A DNA stretch of 57,487 nucleotides, filler included, from Sphacelaria rigidula (taxonomy: Eukaryota), in the NCBI GenBank assembly GCA_964200075.2. It is 7 parts of 7 records of this genome, joined end to end, with 100 filler letters (N's around TTAATTAATTAA, not from the genome) between each part and the next. Parts side by side here need not be neighbours in the genome. Positions count along the whole stretch, not along the records: positions 1 to 8,128 come from CAXNAA020012198.1; positions 8,229 to 16,355 come from CAXNAA020012199.1; 5 more parts are not named here. One strand, 5' to 3'. Made by a program: the position numbers and the translations under genes. The notes under the pieces were generated by a model that was not told the DNA's origin, did not search any database, and was given only the letters and a program-made list of their open reading frames with translations. How positions within the stretch are numbered: the stretch's first letter is position 1; each line of letters starts with the position of its first letter. Shown here piece by piece: positions 1 to 12,610 of the stretch.

Positions 1-29
1 AGAGCATGGCCCAGAGCACTTTGCTGAAT

Positions 30-628
30 TCGTTCTTGGTTTTCCCGCCCCTTTGAGCGATTCGGATGAAATCCTGCACCACTGCCTTGTTGATCGAGAA
101 GCGGTCGAACGATGCCGTCATCGCCGCTGCGAAGAAGATGTTGAACAGATCGGGGGAGAGTACACAACCTTGGCGGAGGCCCTGGTTTACGTTGAAATAC
201 TCAAATGTCTCGCCGCCGTCCAGGCGTACACTTGCCCGCATGCCGTCATGGAATTGGCGGACGATGGAAACTACCTTGGCGGGTATACCGTAGCGTGCAG
301 AACTTTCCAGAGAAGAGAGCGGTCCACTGAGTCGTACGCTTTTTGGAGGTCGATGGAGCACATATACAGGGGAATAATCTTCTCTCGGGCCAGTTCTTGG
401 AGTCTGCATACAACGAACATCATGTCGACTGTGGAACGGCCAGGTCGGAAACCACATTGTGCTTCTGGGAGGATCCCCTTCCACTCGCAGTAGGCACTGA
501 GTCGCAACGATTTTGAGCACCACCTTGCCCGCGTGGGACCCGAGAGAAATACCGCGGTAGTTGCCGCATTCGTACGGGTCCTGTTTCTTCAAGAGCACCT
601 TGATGATGGTGTCTTTCCACTCTTGCGG
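30..628 (-). mobile_element. Degenerate non-LTR retrotransposon reverse transcriptase fragment (RTE-like)
   Basis: Minus-strand translation across frameshifts gives PQEWKDTIIKVLLKK..GNYRGISL, ILPEAQCGFRPGRSTVDMMF, IDLQKAYDSVDRSLLW and QGLRQGCVLSPDLFNIFF, which are canonical LINE RT motifs. Ends are approximate. Confidence 0.9.
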
Positions 629-1159
629 TCGTCGTTACCAGCCAATTTCTATGTTCCTACGTCCGTCCAAGTCAGTCTCCATTTCTGAGCAAGTTCGTTT
701 GTCTAGCAGTAAATTATTTTTGTACTACGTACGTTTATCAGCAGTCAACTCAAGCATAAGTACTTTAGGCGTCCACCTCCGTCGTCAATAGCTACCAAAT
801 ACTGCGTTCAACATGCGTTTTGTCTACTATATCTCGTCACACTACCGTAAGTGCTTCACATTCAACGATTTTTCACTGTTCAGGGTCCACGAGCGTTCTT
901 GCATCCCAACGGTCAGCCTCACGAAACTGTATGATTCGTGTCTACCGTGACAGCTAACAACTCTTTCGTACTTTACCCGCGTGCTCTCTCACAACAAGAA
1001 ATCAAAATCTCCTTGCATGCCAAACTTCCACAGAAAGAACCCGATTTCGAGAAAAACAGGCGCTCACACACAAAACTCAAATCGCGCCTGGAAATGCCTC
1101 CGTTTCCGCATCCTTTGAAAACACATTACTCTCTTCGTCTGTTCTGTTCGCCGCAAGAA

Positions 1160-1717
1160 TCATGTACCAGCGAAACCCCGTACTGGCTTCACATGTCTTG
1201 CGTACTTGGGTAGTTTATACGGGATACCGACACCACCTCCGAGCCAGCGTCTTACACTGGTGCAAGGGGTATCGAACTCACGTCGGTCATGCACACCACT
1301 GACCCCGCTTCCAAGTCCATTCCCAACACCATAATCAACAGTGTACTCGTAGTCCAACAAACTTCTGGGACCCATGCCCCTTGATGTGTCGTGCGCAGCC
1401 CCCAATGCCGCGCCTTGCAGTCCTCTACTGCTGACCCCGTCCTGCTGTGGTGAAGCGTCTCGCCCTGCCGCAGCTGACGACCTATTTACAGCCCCCAACC
1501 CCCCTTGTGGGCAGCTGCTAACGACGGTGTCGCCCTCTCCCATACCGCCGGATTCCCCTGCCCCACCTGTGCTCAAGGTAGTCAACCTCTGGCTCATTTG
1601 TTCCAGAAGTTGTGTGATGACCGCCATCCCTTCCTCAAGGTTCACCACTCGGTCTTGTACGTCTCCTTCAGACCCCCTCTCTGACGCATGGCCAGAAAGA
1701 AGACTGTTGCAAGCCAC
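1160..1717 (-). other. ORF possibly representing a decayed LTR-retrotransposon gag N-terminus
   Basis: 185-aa ORF with a coiled-coil-like start (RVVNLEEGMAVITQLLEQMSQRLTTL) followed by a Gly/Ser-rich region. No diagnostic domain is visible. Confidence 0.2.
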
Positions 1718-3259
1718 CGCTTCGCGTCATCATCAGTCTTGACAGGTGAAGATTATACTAGTATGTTGGACGAATCAGACACTCGGTGACGGTTGGACAC
1801 TTGTTGTATTAACCGCAGAGCCTGTGGCGGTGGAGCCTTGGCCTAAACAAGCAGAGTGAGGGGCTGTGGCGACCTCCTCCCAGAAAAACAAGGTACCGCA
1901 TGAACTATACTCAGTAGTCATGAACCACAGTTCCGCCGCATGAAACCGCCACACTTGTAACGAACACGTCATGCAGTCGGGCCGCAACCGATACATCTGC
2001 TCACAGCAACAGAACCCCCGAAGAAACCAAGCAAACAGGCCTCGTTTATGGTCGCTACATATATGAGGGTTGGGAGGTGAACGTTTCCGCTCCAAAACGG
2101 TCGACAGTCGAAGGTTAAGCTCCTGTCGCGCGACCAGTGGGTTGCGCGACGGGCCCTTGCCGGCGTAGCTGGTACTGGGGGCGACAGCCCGGCACAGACA
2201 GTCCCACCTTCACCGGGACGACCGTGCAAACAGGCTGGCAGCCGAAGTGGGCGTCGCACTGATATTCTTCTAGCGTTATCAACTTAGATTTTCTCCGCAC
2301 ACGCTTTGCACGTGAATATTTCGGTGATTGCCTCACTTCCACTTTGGCCATGTGCTGTGGATTATTCCACGACCTCACCGCCTAATATATGTGGAAATGT
2401 ATAATAATACGCCCTGGATAAGAGCTTTCTACCGTCAGTATACCTTTGAAAGAATGTACTGTGCACAATACAGAAGATTTTGCGTACTGCAACGTGGGAA
2501 ATACTCCAAGTGCGCACTGCGCGCAGTATCGCTTCAAGACAGATCAGAAATCTCCACGGGATGAAACGTTACACCCGGCTTCCGCGCCATATTGGTTTTG
2601 TTAGCATGCAGCTCCTCTAAAGATACAGGCAGGCACTATGGCGGCAGAGGCAAATGCACACTCAGCTGCAACACCGACCGCTGCACAAGATGTGGCGGAG
2701 CGAGGGGTGGTACACCACGTACCACCCCTTGATACACACAGAGAGCAAGCAGTATCATACAAATATACTGTATACAAGTGTGATTTGAAATCCGTGCGCG
2801 CGGGGTGGGCCGGCATGCAGAGAACCCCGCACAACTTCGTCGTGTACTACCGGGACGGGATCTCGTTCCAGTAGCAATCGCTTTGCGATGTGTGCTGTGA
2901 CAGGTCTAGTGCGTGATGGTGCTTTCTCCACCTCCGCACACCGCCTGTGAAGCGAGCCCTTGATTCTGGAAATGCCCACCCCTCTTCCCGTAGTGATCTC
3001 CATTTTTTGTCTCAGACAATCGAAACTGCGGAATATGACAGTAGCTACTAAAAGGTACATATTCTCCCACACACACCGCCTCCATATTATGGAGAAGGAA
3101 AAACGCTGACCGGGATATCGGGAGCCGAGTTTGAGATACCGCTATTAGACCATCTTGTTTGGCAGTCACGAAGACGGATCTGTCGCGGATCGGGGGACCT
3201 CAGATTCGGAGACGCCTTGTATGATTAGGGCCCCGGATTCAGGAGAGATGCGGGAGTCT

Positions 3260-3443
3260 CCCGATCTGAGCAGAAAGGTGATGAACCAAAAGTCAGCGTC
3301 CAGAGAATCGGAGAATTGATCTGGTTCCCTCAGAGCTAGGCGAAACACATTGCCCAACGGACTGGGGTCCGAAAAATCAATCCACGGGAGGAAATCGGAT
3401 GTAAAGGGGCTGAATTCCTCATATTTGTACAAATACGGATTGG
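3260..3443. repeat. Single arm of the foldback element family seen at 18699-19119
   Basis: Shares cattgcccaacggactggg, atcaatccacgg and atttgtacaaatac with 18935-19119. Confidence 0.75.
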
Positions 3444-3936
3444 TTGTACAATCGTTGTCACTAGCCACTGTACTGTAAATTTCACAGGTGTTGCATAGGT
3501 GCGGAGGTGTGAGATTGAACCTTGCCGTCACCGGCAACGGGTGTGTTCGAGCGTATCCATCACCCATCACCCACAATACAAGAAACACATGACAACAGCG
3601 CCTACTTCACCTGCGCTTCAATGATTTGCTGGCGTTTTCCTTGCTCATCAGGTTTAACCGGTTTTCCAGTGAACCGGTTAAACCTGCTGAGCAAGGAAAA
3701 CGAATTAAACGTTTTTTTGTGTTTGATAATGACGCCTCTTATCCGGTAACTTTTTTATTATTGTTTTTGGTATCCGGTGCCCATCTCTTACACGTGAAGG
3801 AGAAACCGAGAAAAATCAGAGGACGTACGGAAGGGCGGACAGGCGGACTCTTTAACTCTTTTTTTTCTTTCATTATAATTGAGATTTCCGGTGCTGGAAC
3901 GTATTGGTTTCTAGCCCCCCCCCCCCTCCTGAAGAT

Positions 3937-3996
3937 CCGTCTCGAAAGGGATGCGTGGTCAATGGTCAAACGACTAAGGCAAGCAACAAATGAGTA
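3937..3996 (+). mobile_element. 5'-truncated LINE 3' end (family A) with a 22-bp target-site duplication
   Basis: ccgtctcgaaagggatgcg...caaatgagta is flanked by identical C12TCCTGAAGAT at 3915-3936 and 3997-4018. Confidence 0.9.
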
Positions 3997-4185
3997 CCCC
4001 CCCCCCCCTCCTGAAGATGAAAGAAGGGAAGTAAACCCTGTTTTTCTTCTCCGCTGGCAGGTCTGGACTACGAGCGTACCTAACCTGACTGGCTGGGAAC
4101 AGCGGCTGCTGCTCTTCCGCTTCCTTCTTTCGACGGCAGTGGTGCTGTCTTCTATCGAAGGGAACATTTCTTGGTCGTGTATTGT

Positions 4186-4411
4186 ATGATGAGTTTTACT
4201 CCGGCCGTAGCACTCTTGGCTGGACTAGGGTTCCTGTTGGGTGCGGATGGGGCACACCTCTCTGGGAGTATCAACGGTTCGAAGATTCTTGCGGCGGGGG
4301 AAGAATGCCCCTCCTGTGAAGTCATGTTCCAGAAGATCCAGGACCCGGCTAGACGCACGGAGAGCCGGTATGGAAAGACTCGTCGAACGGGCATGCATTC
4401 CTACGAAGTTC

Positions 4412-4413
<2 letters not shown>
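4186..4413 (+). CDS. Putative first coding exon of a secreted/ER-targeted protein
   Basis: ATG, signal-peptide-like MMSFTPAVALLAGLGFLLGADG, a CPSC motif, and a CAG|GT donor in phase 0. An upstream pyrimidine-rich acceptor ends at 4060. Confidence 0.6.
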
Positions 4414-4450
<37 letters not shown>

Positions 4451-4550
4451 CGCGCGTGTGTGCTTGATTCATCCTTGTGCGTGCTCTGTGTTCTGTGCTC
4501 TGTGTTCTGTGTTCTGTGTTCTGTGTTCTGTGTTCTGTGTTCTGTGTTCT
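4414..4550 (+). repeat. (GT)n/(CG)n microsatellite followed by a (TGTGTTC)n heptamer array
   Basis: Visible tandem repeats starting at the splice donor. Confidence 0.9.
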
Positions 4551-4824
4551 TTTCACGATACGATTGTGTACAAAAGTTTCGGGCCCTCTCGTGGTGGTAG
4601 AGCTTTGCTGCAACGAACTGAACTTCAAGGCGGTTTCGAGCTCATTAATATTATTAACATTAGTTAGGACCACGAGAAGGTCCTATTTTGTTTTCTTTTG
4701 CTTTTTCGTATCATGTTTTTTTTTCTTTGTCGGAGACACACACCCAGCAGCAAGAAGAACGAAAACGATGTTGACAAAAAGCAAGAAAATTTGCGTTTCA
4801 TGTTTTCCCCCCTCTTTTCTGCAG

Positions 4825-5064
4825 ACAATGACCTGTTTTGAGATTGAGCCGTCGCTGAAAATATCATATTTTGTGTCGAAATCTGCGCCAGCGTTTCGAT
4901 CCTTCGATGTTTCCCTTGTACTTAGTCGTGGTACTGACGGGTCTGAACAGGCGAACGCGAAAAGCATATATGTCGTACTTGACAACAGTATATATGTATT
5001 ATATGTCGGTGTATATTTTCGTTTTTTCGCCCACGAGAGAGTGACGAGTAACGAGCGTGGCTGA
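4825..5064 (+). CDS. Putative second exon of the 4186 gene (3' end uncertain)
   Basis: Strong acceptor ttttcccccctcttttctgcag. The phase-0 frame is open (TMTCFEIEPSLKISYF...) to the stop at 5064, but the exon could end at an earlier GT donor. Confidence 0.4.
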   Translation, partial: TMTCFEIEPSLKISYFVSKSAPAFRSFDVSLVLSRGTDGSEQANAKSIYVVLDNSIYVLYVGVYFRFFAHERVTSNERG

Positions 5065-5429
5065 GAATACATTCGTGTCTGTGTCCAGACCTACACTTTT
5101 TTTTTGAGTCACTCAGTCCAAGTCTTTATTATTGGACAGCAATAATAGTCATAGGCCGAGCAGGTGCAAGCAGGCACTGTAGCATAAGAAATGCAACCTA
5201 AAGGAGCGTTTTCAATTAAACAAGCCATCAGGGCCTCAGGGCCGAGGAAAACGACAGCAAAAACACCCGCAGAAGAAGCGCATTATAACCCTGACGCTAC
5301 AAGTAGCCCCCACTCGTTTTCTCCTCGGAAAGGCGGAGTAAATTGGATCCGAAAACATTATTTTTTCTCTTCATCTTTTGATGTATATATAGAGAGAGAG
5401 AGATAACTATTTTGAAGTATATATATGCA

Positions 5430-5663
5430 CGAGGTAGTGCTCTGTAAGGTATGCCGGCCGAAACTAGGGCATTTACAAAGTATAAGTAATGGCTATTTTC
5501 CCCGTAAATACCCTGCTGAACCGTACCGGTGTATTTCGAACGGTGCTCGATACCCTGCCGAATCATACCGGAATGTGCCCAAAACATTCCGGTATGCTTT
5601 AGTATGCCAACCAAAAGGTCCCCCACATCAGGGTATACCTTATCTAAACTGAAAACAACCTTG
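5430..5663. mobile_element. MITE, reverse-orientation relative of 12940-13166
   Basis: Degenerate TIRs (cgaggtagtgctctgtaaggtat / ataccttat..aacaaccttg-ta). Internal ctcgataccctgccga is the reverse complement of tcggcagggtatcgag in the other copy. Confidence 0.6.
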
Positions 5664-7110
5664 TATACATCATTGTGGTATGCTCAGGTGTTGGAACGTT
5701 TTAGGCCTCTGGATGACTGACAACAGCCAGTCTGCACCAATGAGGGGGGGGGGGGAACACTCGAGAGGGAGCGTTTCGTGTTTACAGCACGTTTTAATCG
5801 TTTGTTCAATCGTGTGTTTTGTCATGCATCTTGGCGGCTGGTGGTGTATCGGGGTATTGGCACGTTGGTTGGTTGTCTTTGTGCTTCTGTCGGCAAGTAC
5901 AATTTGCTGCACATACTCTTATCTTACTGTAGCAAAATAAAGATTGATCATGTTAACAGGTGGGCCCCATTGATGTGGTACATCTCGGGAGAATCCCTAC
6001 TCTTATGGCGAATATGGCGAATATTTTTGCGGTGTCATCATTGTGGTGGACTCGATGGGCAATGTTCACGTGGCGGTGTAATTCATGCCGCTCACCACCC
6101 CACCTAGAGATTTGATCGGTTGATCGAATGTCGCACGTTTATTTGCCAATTTTCGTGTCCCAGTAGCGGCGAACTGGTTGCGTGAGGTGAAAATTGCCGA
6201 ATGCCAGCAGAGAGTGTGGACGTTTTTGATGTTGGTGTTTGCTGTGCCCCGCCCTTTGCAAGGTTTGGCGAAAATGGCGATATTATGTCCATTTTTTCTC
6301 TCCCGTGTGTCGAGATCAAACGAACTGTACACAGCACAGTCAGCCAGCACACACGGAGCACACAAAAATACACGCAGATTGATTGGTGACGAGAAAATGA
6401 AGGAAAAAACTGGTCGGCGATGTACAACGTGTAGGTATATGTCATACTTCACCCGTTCCTTTGTCGAACGATGTAGGTGGACGGATTTTACTGTAGAGGT
6501 ACAAGAAGAGCACGCGAATTACCCAGGTCCCGAGTTTTTGCCCAATCGTGGTCGAGGGAGGGATGGATGGCGGTGTCAGGACACCACCTCTCCCCGACAG
6601 TCGCTGTTGTCCTCTTTGGCCCTCTGGATGGTTGAAAGAAATAACTGTTTCGTGTCTTTGGTTTGTAAGATGGTGGGTGCAGCGGTTGCTTCTGGAGAGG
6701 CTGTCATTGCATCGCGCTGTTTTTTTGGTCGCCCGTGCACCTAGATACAGGAAATGTCCGAAATGTTGGTTGATATATATATATATATATAAATGTGAGT
6801 GTGTGAGGGACGAGGCGTGACTTGACAGCCTCGTTGTCATGAGACACGCGCAGCTGATCGTGTGGCACGGCGGGTTTTTCCTTGTTTCCGTACACGTGCG
6901 TTATGCAGTTGATGAATATAGCTAGGTCGCACTAACACACAACGGGAAGTGTATGACGTACCCATCGGATTGCCGATGGTTGTGGGTGTATGTATTCGGG
7001 GTAAGGGTATAACGAATGTTGTGTTCTCGTTGGGCTGTAGAGTGCGGAGAGAGCCGTTCGGATTTATCTTGTTGATGTTGTATGTAATTGTGTAATTTCG
7101 TAAGTCACTG

Positions 7111-7152
7111 CGCAGATATCGGAACGGTTTTTAATGTGAAGACAAGGACAAC
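7111..7152 (+). mobile_element. Retroposon 3' terminus (CAA-tailed family)
   Basis: cgcagatatcggaacggtttttaatgtgaagacaa is identical to about 52706-52740, where it is followed by (CAA)n. Confidence 0.7.
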
Positions 7153-8128
7153 ATTAAAGGTCACTTGTGGACAAAAGGTTTGGAATGTTTTTTTGTAGTC
7201 ATGAGCGCTTTTTGGCGCTTGTGGACGCTCCCCTTCACTCCCTGTTAGTACGTGCTTTCGTATGTAGCGGGCGGGGGGATGGCTATAGACACTATAATAC
7301 TACCGTTGTTGTAGGTCGAGACACTAGGGGTAGATGCATTCGTGCAAAAGGATGACGGGCATGAAACAACATCTATTTTTATCTTTGTGGTGAGTTTTTT
7401 TTCCAAACGTTCGTGCAGTATTGAGCGTTTACGAGATGCTCTTGACACTGCGCTCCCATCACCAGGACTGTTATCTTGAAACAGGAACCCCGTGTGATGC
7501 GGTCCTCAACGTTCACGTCGAGTCTTTTGTACGGTAGGTCGATACGCGGAGCATGTCACCTGAAGGGACAGAAGAGTCAGCCTCAAGTCGGTTACTTCGT
7601 AGACTGCGACGGGGACGAGATCATGCCGCCGGGAGCTTTACCGTTAAAAAGAATCTCATGACAGGGTTAGGGGGATATCATAGATACGGCAGTACTAGAA
7701 TATCGCCAGGATCAATCTGCCTCATGGGGTAAAGGGAGTTGATGGTGAGTCGAAGTCGCTCATCGCTCGCGCTTTGAATGAATCCAATGGGGTAATTCGT
7801 CAGATTATTGAAAAGATCTCGTCGATATCACTATTTCGATAAACACATACATTTTTCGGGATCAATGACAGCATATTTTGTGGTGGCTCCCACACCGTTC
7901 CCCCTTTTCATGAGCGTCTTCTTTCGTTCTTCTGACGAGAAGAGGCTTGTAGGTGTTCCCTTTTTCGCCGGCTAGCGGTGAGGATAATACACTATTTTTC
8001 ACATATCTTTCACGTGTGTTGAGTTGTGAAGCCAAGAATGCCCGCAGAAGATTTCACACCTCGGATAACGTAGTACCTAGCAATTTGTGTTAGTTGCTCT
8101 CAAGTCAGACCCTAGCTATAACATGTGT

Positions 8129-8228
8129 NNNNNNNNNNNNNNNNNNNNNNNNNNNNNNNNNNNNNNNNNNNNTTAATTAATTAANNNNNNNNNNNNNNNN
8201 NNNNNNNNNNNNNNNNNNNNNNNNNNNN
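8129..8228. other. Artificial contig-join spacer
   Basis: N44-TTAATTAATTAA-N44 (stops in all six frames). Confidence 0.99.
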
Positions 8229-8499
8229 GATGAAAAGAATTTTGGGCGGGCAATGGGTTAGGGGGGGGATACTTTTCTCCACTCCCACCGCCCCCCCCCC
8301 CCCCCCCCCCCAAACTGAGTGCTGATTGCGTTTCCATTTTTCTAAGTCGTTCGTCGGCACGAAGGCTAGACATGGTCACGGCGGGAAGATGGATACGTGA
8401 AGACAAACTTGGTTGTATTGACTTCTGTACAGCAGATCAATACTGTCACCACAGAAAATCGCCTCGATCACGAAAGTTTTGATGTACTGTACTGTTGTA

Positions 8500-8725
8500 G
8501 TGGTCGACGAGGGGAAGGGGCCGCTAAACGCTTCTTGTGCGACAAAAGAGTGATGATGGTCGAGCACAGCAGAAGGGAGATGAAGGACTAAAACAAGAAG
8601 AAAAATAAAAATATAACTCCGGCGTTGACCTTCCTCCTGTGTGATGCCGGCTGATGATGCGCCGACATGGACCGAGCGGTGTAGACTGGCCATCAGGATC
8701 GATTGGATGGCAACACACACATGCA
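8500..8725 (+). mobile_element. SINE family 2, partial copy
   Basis: gtcgacgaggggaaggg...ccttcctcctgtgtga..ccggctg...gatggcaacacaca matches 10273-10628 (reverse) and 32045-32295. Confidence 0.75.
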
Positions 8726-10272
8726 CAATGGCTACAACAAATGGCGTTTGTGCTTTGTCGGTGGAGCACCCACACGCAACCAACTGTCTGTACTGTTGGC
8801 AGATGAAGTCCATGACAGCAAAAATGAAGGCTTCCTCTCCTCTCCCCTTCCACAAAATTGTTTTCTTCATATCTCCTGTCTTGCGGAGAAATTTCTGCAA
8901 AATTCTGAAAGATCCCCATTTTATTCCACTCCAGTCAGCACACGACAGATTGACCGATGATCGGTTGTGATACATGAACTGCAATACAAGTGTCATGCCC
9001 CAAGGCAATTTGTGCCTAATTTTTAGGAGGTGCTGGTTTGGCCACAGCACGTGCTGCTCACCCTACGCCCGCGCTAGGCCGGCACTTGGGACGGTGACCC
9101 CCATGAACATTCGACAATGACACTTCATACTGAAACCAAGTATATACTTGTATTCAACCGTCGCTTCATCGTGCCCGGCTGGGCTAAACAGTACTGTTGA
9201 CTACAGGCAAGTACAATATCAAGTGTACCGTCAGTACTGCTGACGGCATACTGTACTGGCTACAGACGGTACAAGAGCAGCGTGTACCCAGTCGGTACTG
9301 CTGACTGCAGACTGCAGACAGTACTCGTACTGACTGCTATTATCCGTGTGGTTTTTTCGGAGTTCGAGGTGATTTCACGCATCGGGTTTGCACGTTTGGT
9401 TTCCTCAGTTGCCTTCAGCGTCTTCCAGATCCATCTCCCAACATCGCCCCTGGTCAATTTTGCTTTCCGATCTGCCGTTCTTCAAACTTGGCCCAACAAA
9501 CCTGTTGATGGATGACCCGACCGATCCTGAGCGTTGTCGGGGGAATTAGTGGGTGGGATGAGCCTTGTGCAGTTTTTTTGGACACGCTGTATGTGTGTTC
9601 GAGTTTCTTTTTTGCCGAATAGGGGGCAGACCGTGTCTCGTCGAATTATGGTTCGATCGCAAAAGTGCGGCGGAAGCGTTTTTTTTTCCCCCAAGATTAT
9701 GTATCTGGTACGTCCAAGATATTTATGTTCTCAGATGGCTTCAAGTCATGTTTATAATTATTCGCGCACGATCGGCAGGGTGATGGAGAGGAAAAGCTTA
9801 GGCTGTGCCTTATTATCGAGACAGGGAAATAAAAAGAAGCGGGGAACGAAACATGCGTCCAGAAGCATGTTAATTGGTCACAGGTCGGGTCTATGGTTGC
9901 CGCGACTATGATCAATCCATGTGCTGCTTCTGAACGCTTGTTTCGTGTCTCGCTGCTTTGGGGGGTCTCGATAAGCACTGCTATTCCTTTTTGAAATCAT
10001 GAGGGTATTTTCCTGAAAATGTGAATCATCATCCACGGCATCAATTGGAGGCGGTCATGCTCCAAGGCCTAAAATATGCTGAGATGAGAGGGACAGACGC
10101 CCTTGGAAGAGAGGTCTCTACATCAGTACGGATACCCGGCGCTTTGGCTCAGACCAGCCATCGCGCATTTGGCAGCTGAATGGGAAAGGATGCATATCTC
10201 CGCGAAAGGGGGAATCGTTTGTTGCGCGGTATTGAAAATGTTCCTCAACAGTAGTCGCATGTATCGTGTACT

Positions 10273-10628
10273 GTGTTGTGTTGTCGTCCCAGTTATTCTG
10301 GGTGCCAGTCAACATCTTTCGGTATATGTGAGCGCACCAGCCGGGGTCACACAGGAGGAAGGTCAAGACAGGAGTTTTTCTTTTTGTTTGTCTTTAGTAC
10401 CCCACCTTCCTTCTGCGGTGCTTGCCTTTATTTTTTATCGCGAGAGGGATTCAGCAGTCCCTTTCCCTCGTCAACCGTAAAGTTGCACTTTGTGTACCCA
10501 CGACATGGTCGCTCTCCACTGTCGGGCATGTTGTGAGAAAAAATCCTAGATCGCCACAGGAATTAAACCTAACTACTCAACCGTCGGAAGCTTACGAGGT
10601 TACCAACTGAGCAACCGGGGCGACCGGC
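10273..10628 (-). mobile_element. tRNA-derived SINE family 2, near full length
   Basis: Minus strand starts gccggtcgccccggTTGCTCAGTTGG (A-box-like), has a degenerate B-box ggtttaattcc and ends in a CA/ACA tail. Two further copies occur in other contigs. Confidence 0.8.
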
Positions 10629-12370
10629 TTGTACTGACATCATAAGTATTCGACTTTGTGCTCGTGAATGGACGGAAACAGCCGACACAAAAGTGGGACA
10701 ACGCCAACCCGCAAGAGCTCTGTATTTAAATGAAGTGATCATGACCCGTCGGTCCAGGTGTTGGAACTTCTTGTTTTGGCGCTTGCGAAGCCGGGCCTCA
10801 CCCGATTCGGCCGCAAGTTTGATCTATCCTCGTTTATTCCGTAGCGTAGATGCGATTGCCAGGTTGCTCTTTTAGTACAACCCCAACCCCGTCTTGAATA
10901 CCCCCCGGATTGATAATCTAGAATGCAAGATTGTCATTTTCCAGTGAAATGAGGGTCGATACTGCAAAAAGCATCTCGTATTCGGCGTATCCACCAAATT
11001 CCCCCTCAGGAGTGTGTTTTTATTTCCCCAAATCAAGTCGCCATTGGCCCCGCAACACTTCCGCCTTGACCGTGGAAAAGTGCCCAGCTATAGTAGTTAC
11101 GGACCATATTTTTGGGGCATGAATGGTCACCCACGAACTCCGCTCTGCGGGGGCGAGATTGGAACATCACAACTGCGTTGGAAGAGGGAGAGAGAAATAT
11201 AGAGATCACACGAAGATGGAAAAGAGAGAAGGCAAAAGGAAGAAAAGGAACACAAAACCACCCAGAACAGATGTAAGAACACCGCTAGGAGCGTCGCTGA
11301 GGTTTGAAACCCCCGGGGGAAAAGTTCATGAGCAAATGCGGTAAACCGAGATTCATTTTACTACTCAGGAATTGGCAGACGATGAAGTTTTTGTCGTTCG
11401 AAAGCCCCGCAACCCGCTCTTTTAGTTGCTACAATTTTTCGACGGGCGGAGCATGACCCCACCAAAGAAAATAGACGAGGCTCCCCTCTCACTATAATGG
11501 GGATTTTGTGCCGTCCAACCGATAAATATGATGATTTTCCCACACTCATCACCCCCATCGCTCCTCAGGACAAGTCCGTGTTGTAAAAAGTTTTACCCAT
11601 CTCCCCGCATGTATCCCCTCCCGTATCTATCTCCATGTACTTGTATATTTAATACATTTGGGCGTTGGCAGGGAGGTGCTACTCATATTGCCGTATGTGT
11701 GTAGTGCACGTTGACAGAGCTCGAAGGCCGGAATGAGCTTCGTAGAGCTCGTGCGAGCGATCGGAGAGTGTAGACCCTTGAGAAAGGATCGGTGCGCGGT
11801 GATTGGTCAACTGCACAGAAGAAGAAAACAAGAATATCTCAAGCATGACATGTGTGTACATAAGTATTTTTATTCGTACTATGTACGTATGTACGTCGGA
11901 GCCGAATGGGAACGAACTCCTTCTGTCCTGCCGCCGTGACCACGGAGGCATTTTTATCGTGCTGAGAGATTGACGACAAACTCTGAGTCGAAGGAACCCA
12001 TTGGCGACAGCAGGGTTCGGGGGGGGGGATGACTTTATTGGCTGATCTCAGATTTGGGAAAGGGTGCGGCATGATGAACATCTCCTATCGCTTCCCCCCT
12101 CTTCATTGTTGGGCTGCTTTGGAGCGGTTAGAGAAGTTGCTGTGATCGCTCTACATTTCGTCTGTCCCATACGCCGGGGGTCTTTTGGTTTACAGGTAGC
12201 GTTTACGCCAACAAGGAGTGTGTCCGACACTACAGTTGGCATCGAAACTGTAAATAATGACTAATAATTTTACAAGGATCGGGCGAAACATCGCCGGTTC
12301 GAAACTCCGAATCTACGATTCCTGAAGCCTAATTGCTCTTGAGAGCGGGGAAAAGCTGGCTCCCAGTTAA

Positions 12371-12610
12371 CCCTTTCGGAACCGTTGATGGAAAATTGAC
12401 GATTTACGAACTCCCGTAGTATGTGAACTTTTGTCACCGGGACGACGTCACTTATGATTCGGTGCACGAATCTGTCATCGGTACACTTGAAGAGAGTAGT
12501 GCACCGTTTCGGTGGGCTGTACCATCAATACTTGCAGAAAAACACCCATGTCTTGCCCGCGGAAACGTCAACTGTAAACCGTCACTTTTCCATAAACGGT
12601 TCTAAAAGGG
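12371..12610. mobile_element. piggyBac-type MITE
   Basis: TTAA|CCCTTTCGGAACCGTTGATGGAAAA ... TTTTCCATAAACGGTTCTAAAAGGG|TTAA: ~35-bp TIRs, CCC termini and a TTAA duplication. Confidence 0.9.

Noticed and set aside
1800-2260. 5' LTR upstream of the gag-like ORF
   Set aside because: TG...CA ends can be drawn, but there is no second LTR, clear primer-binding site or duplication.
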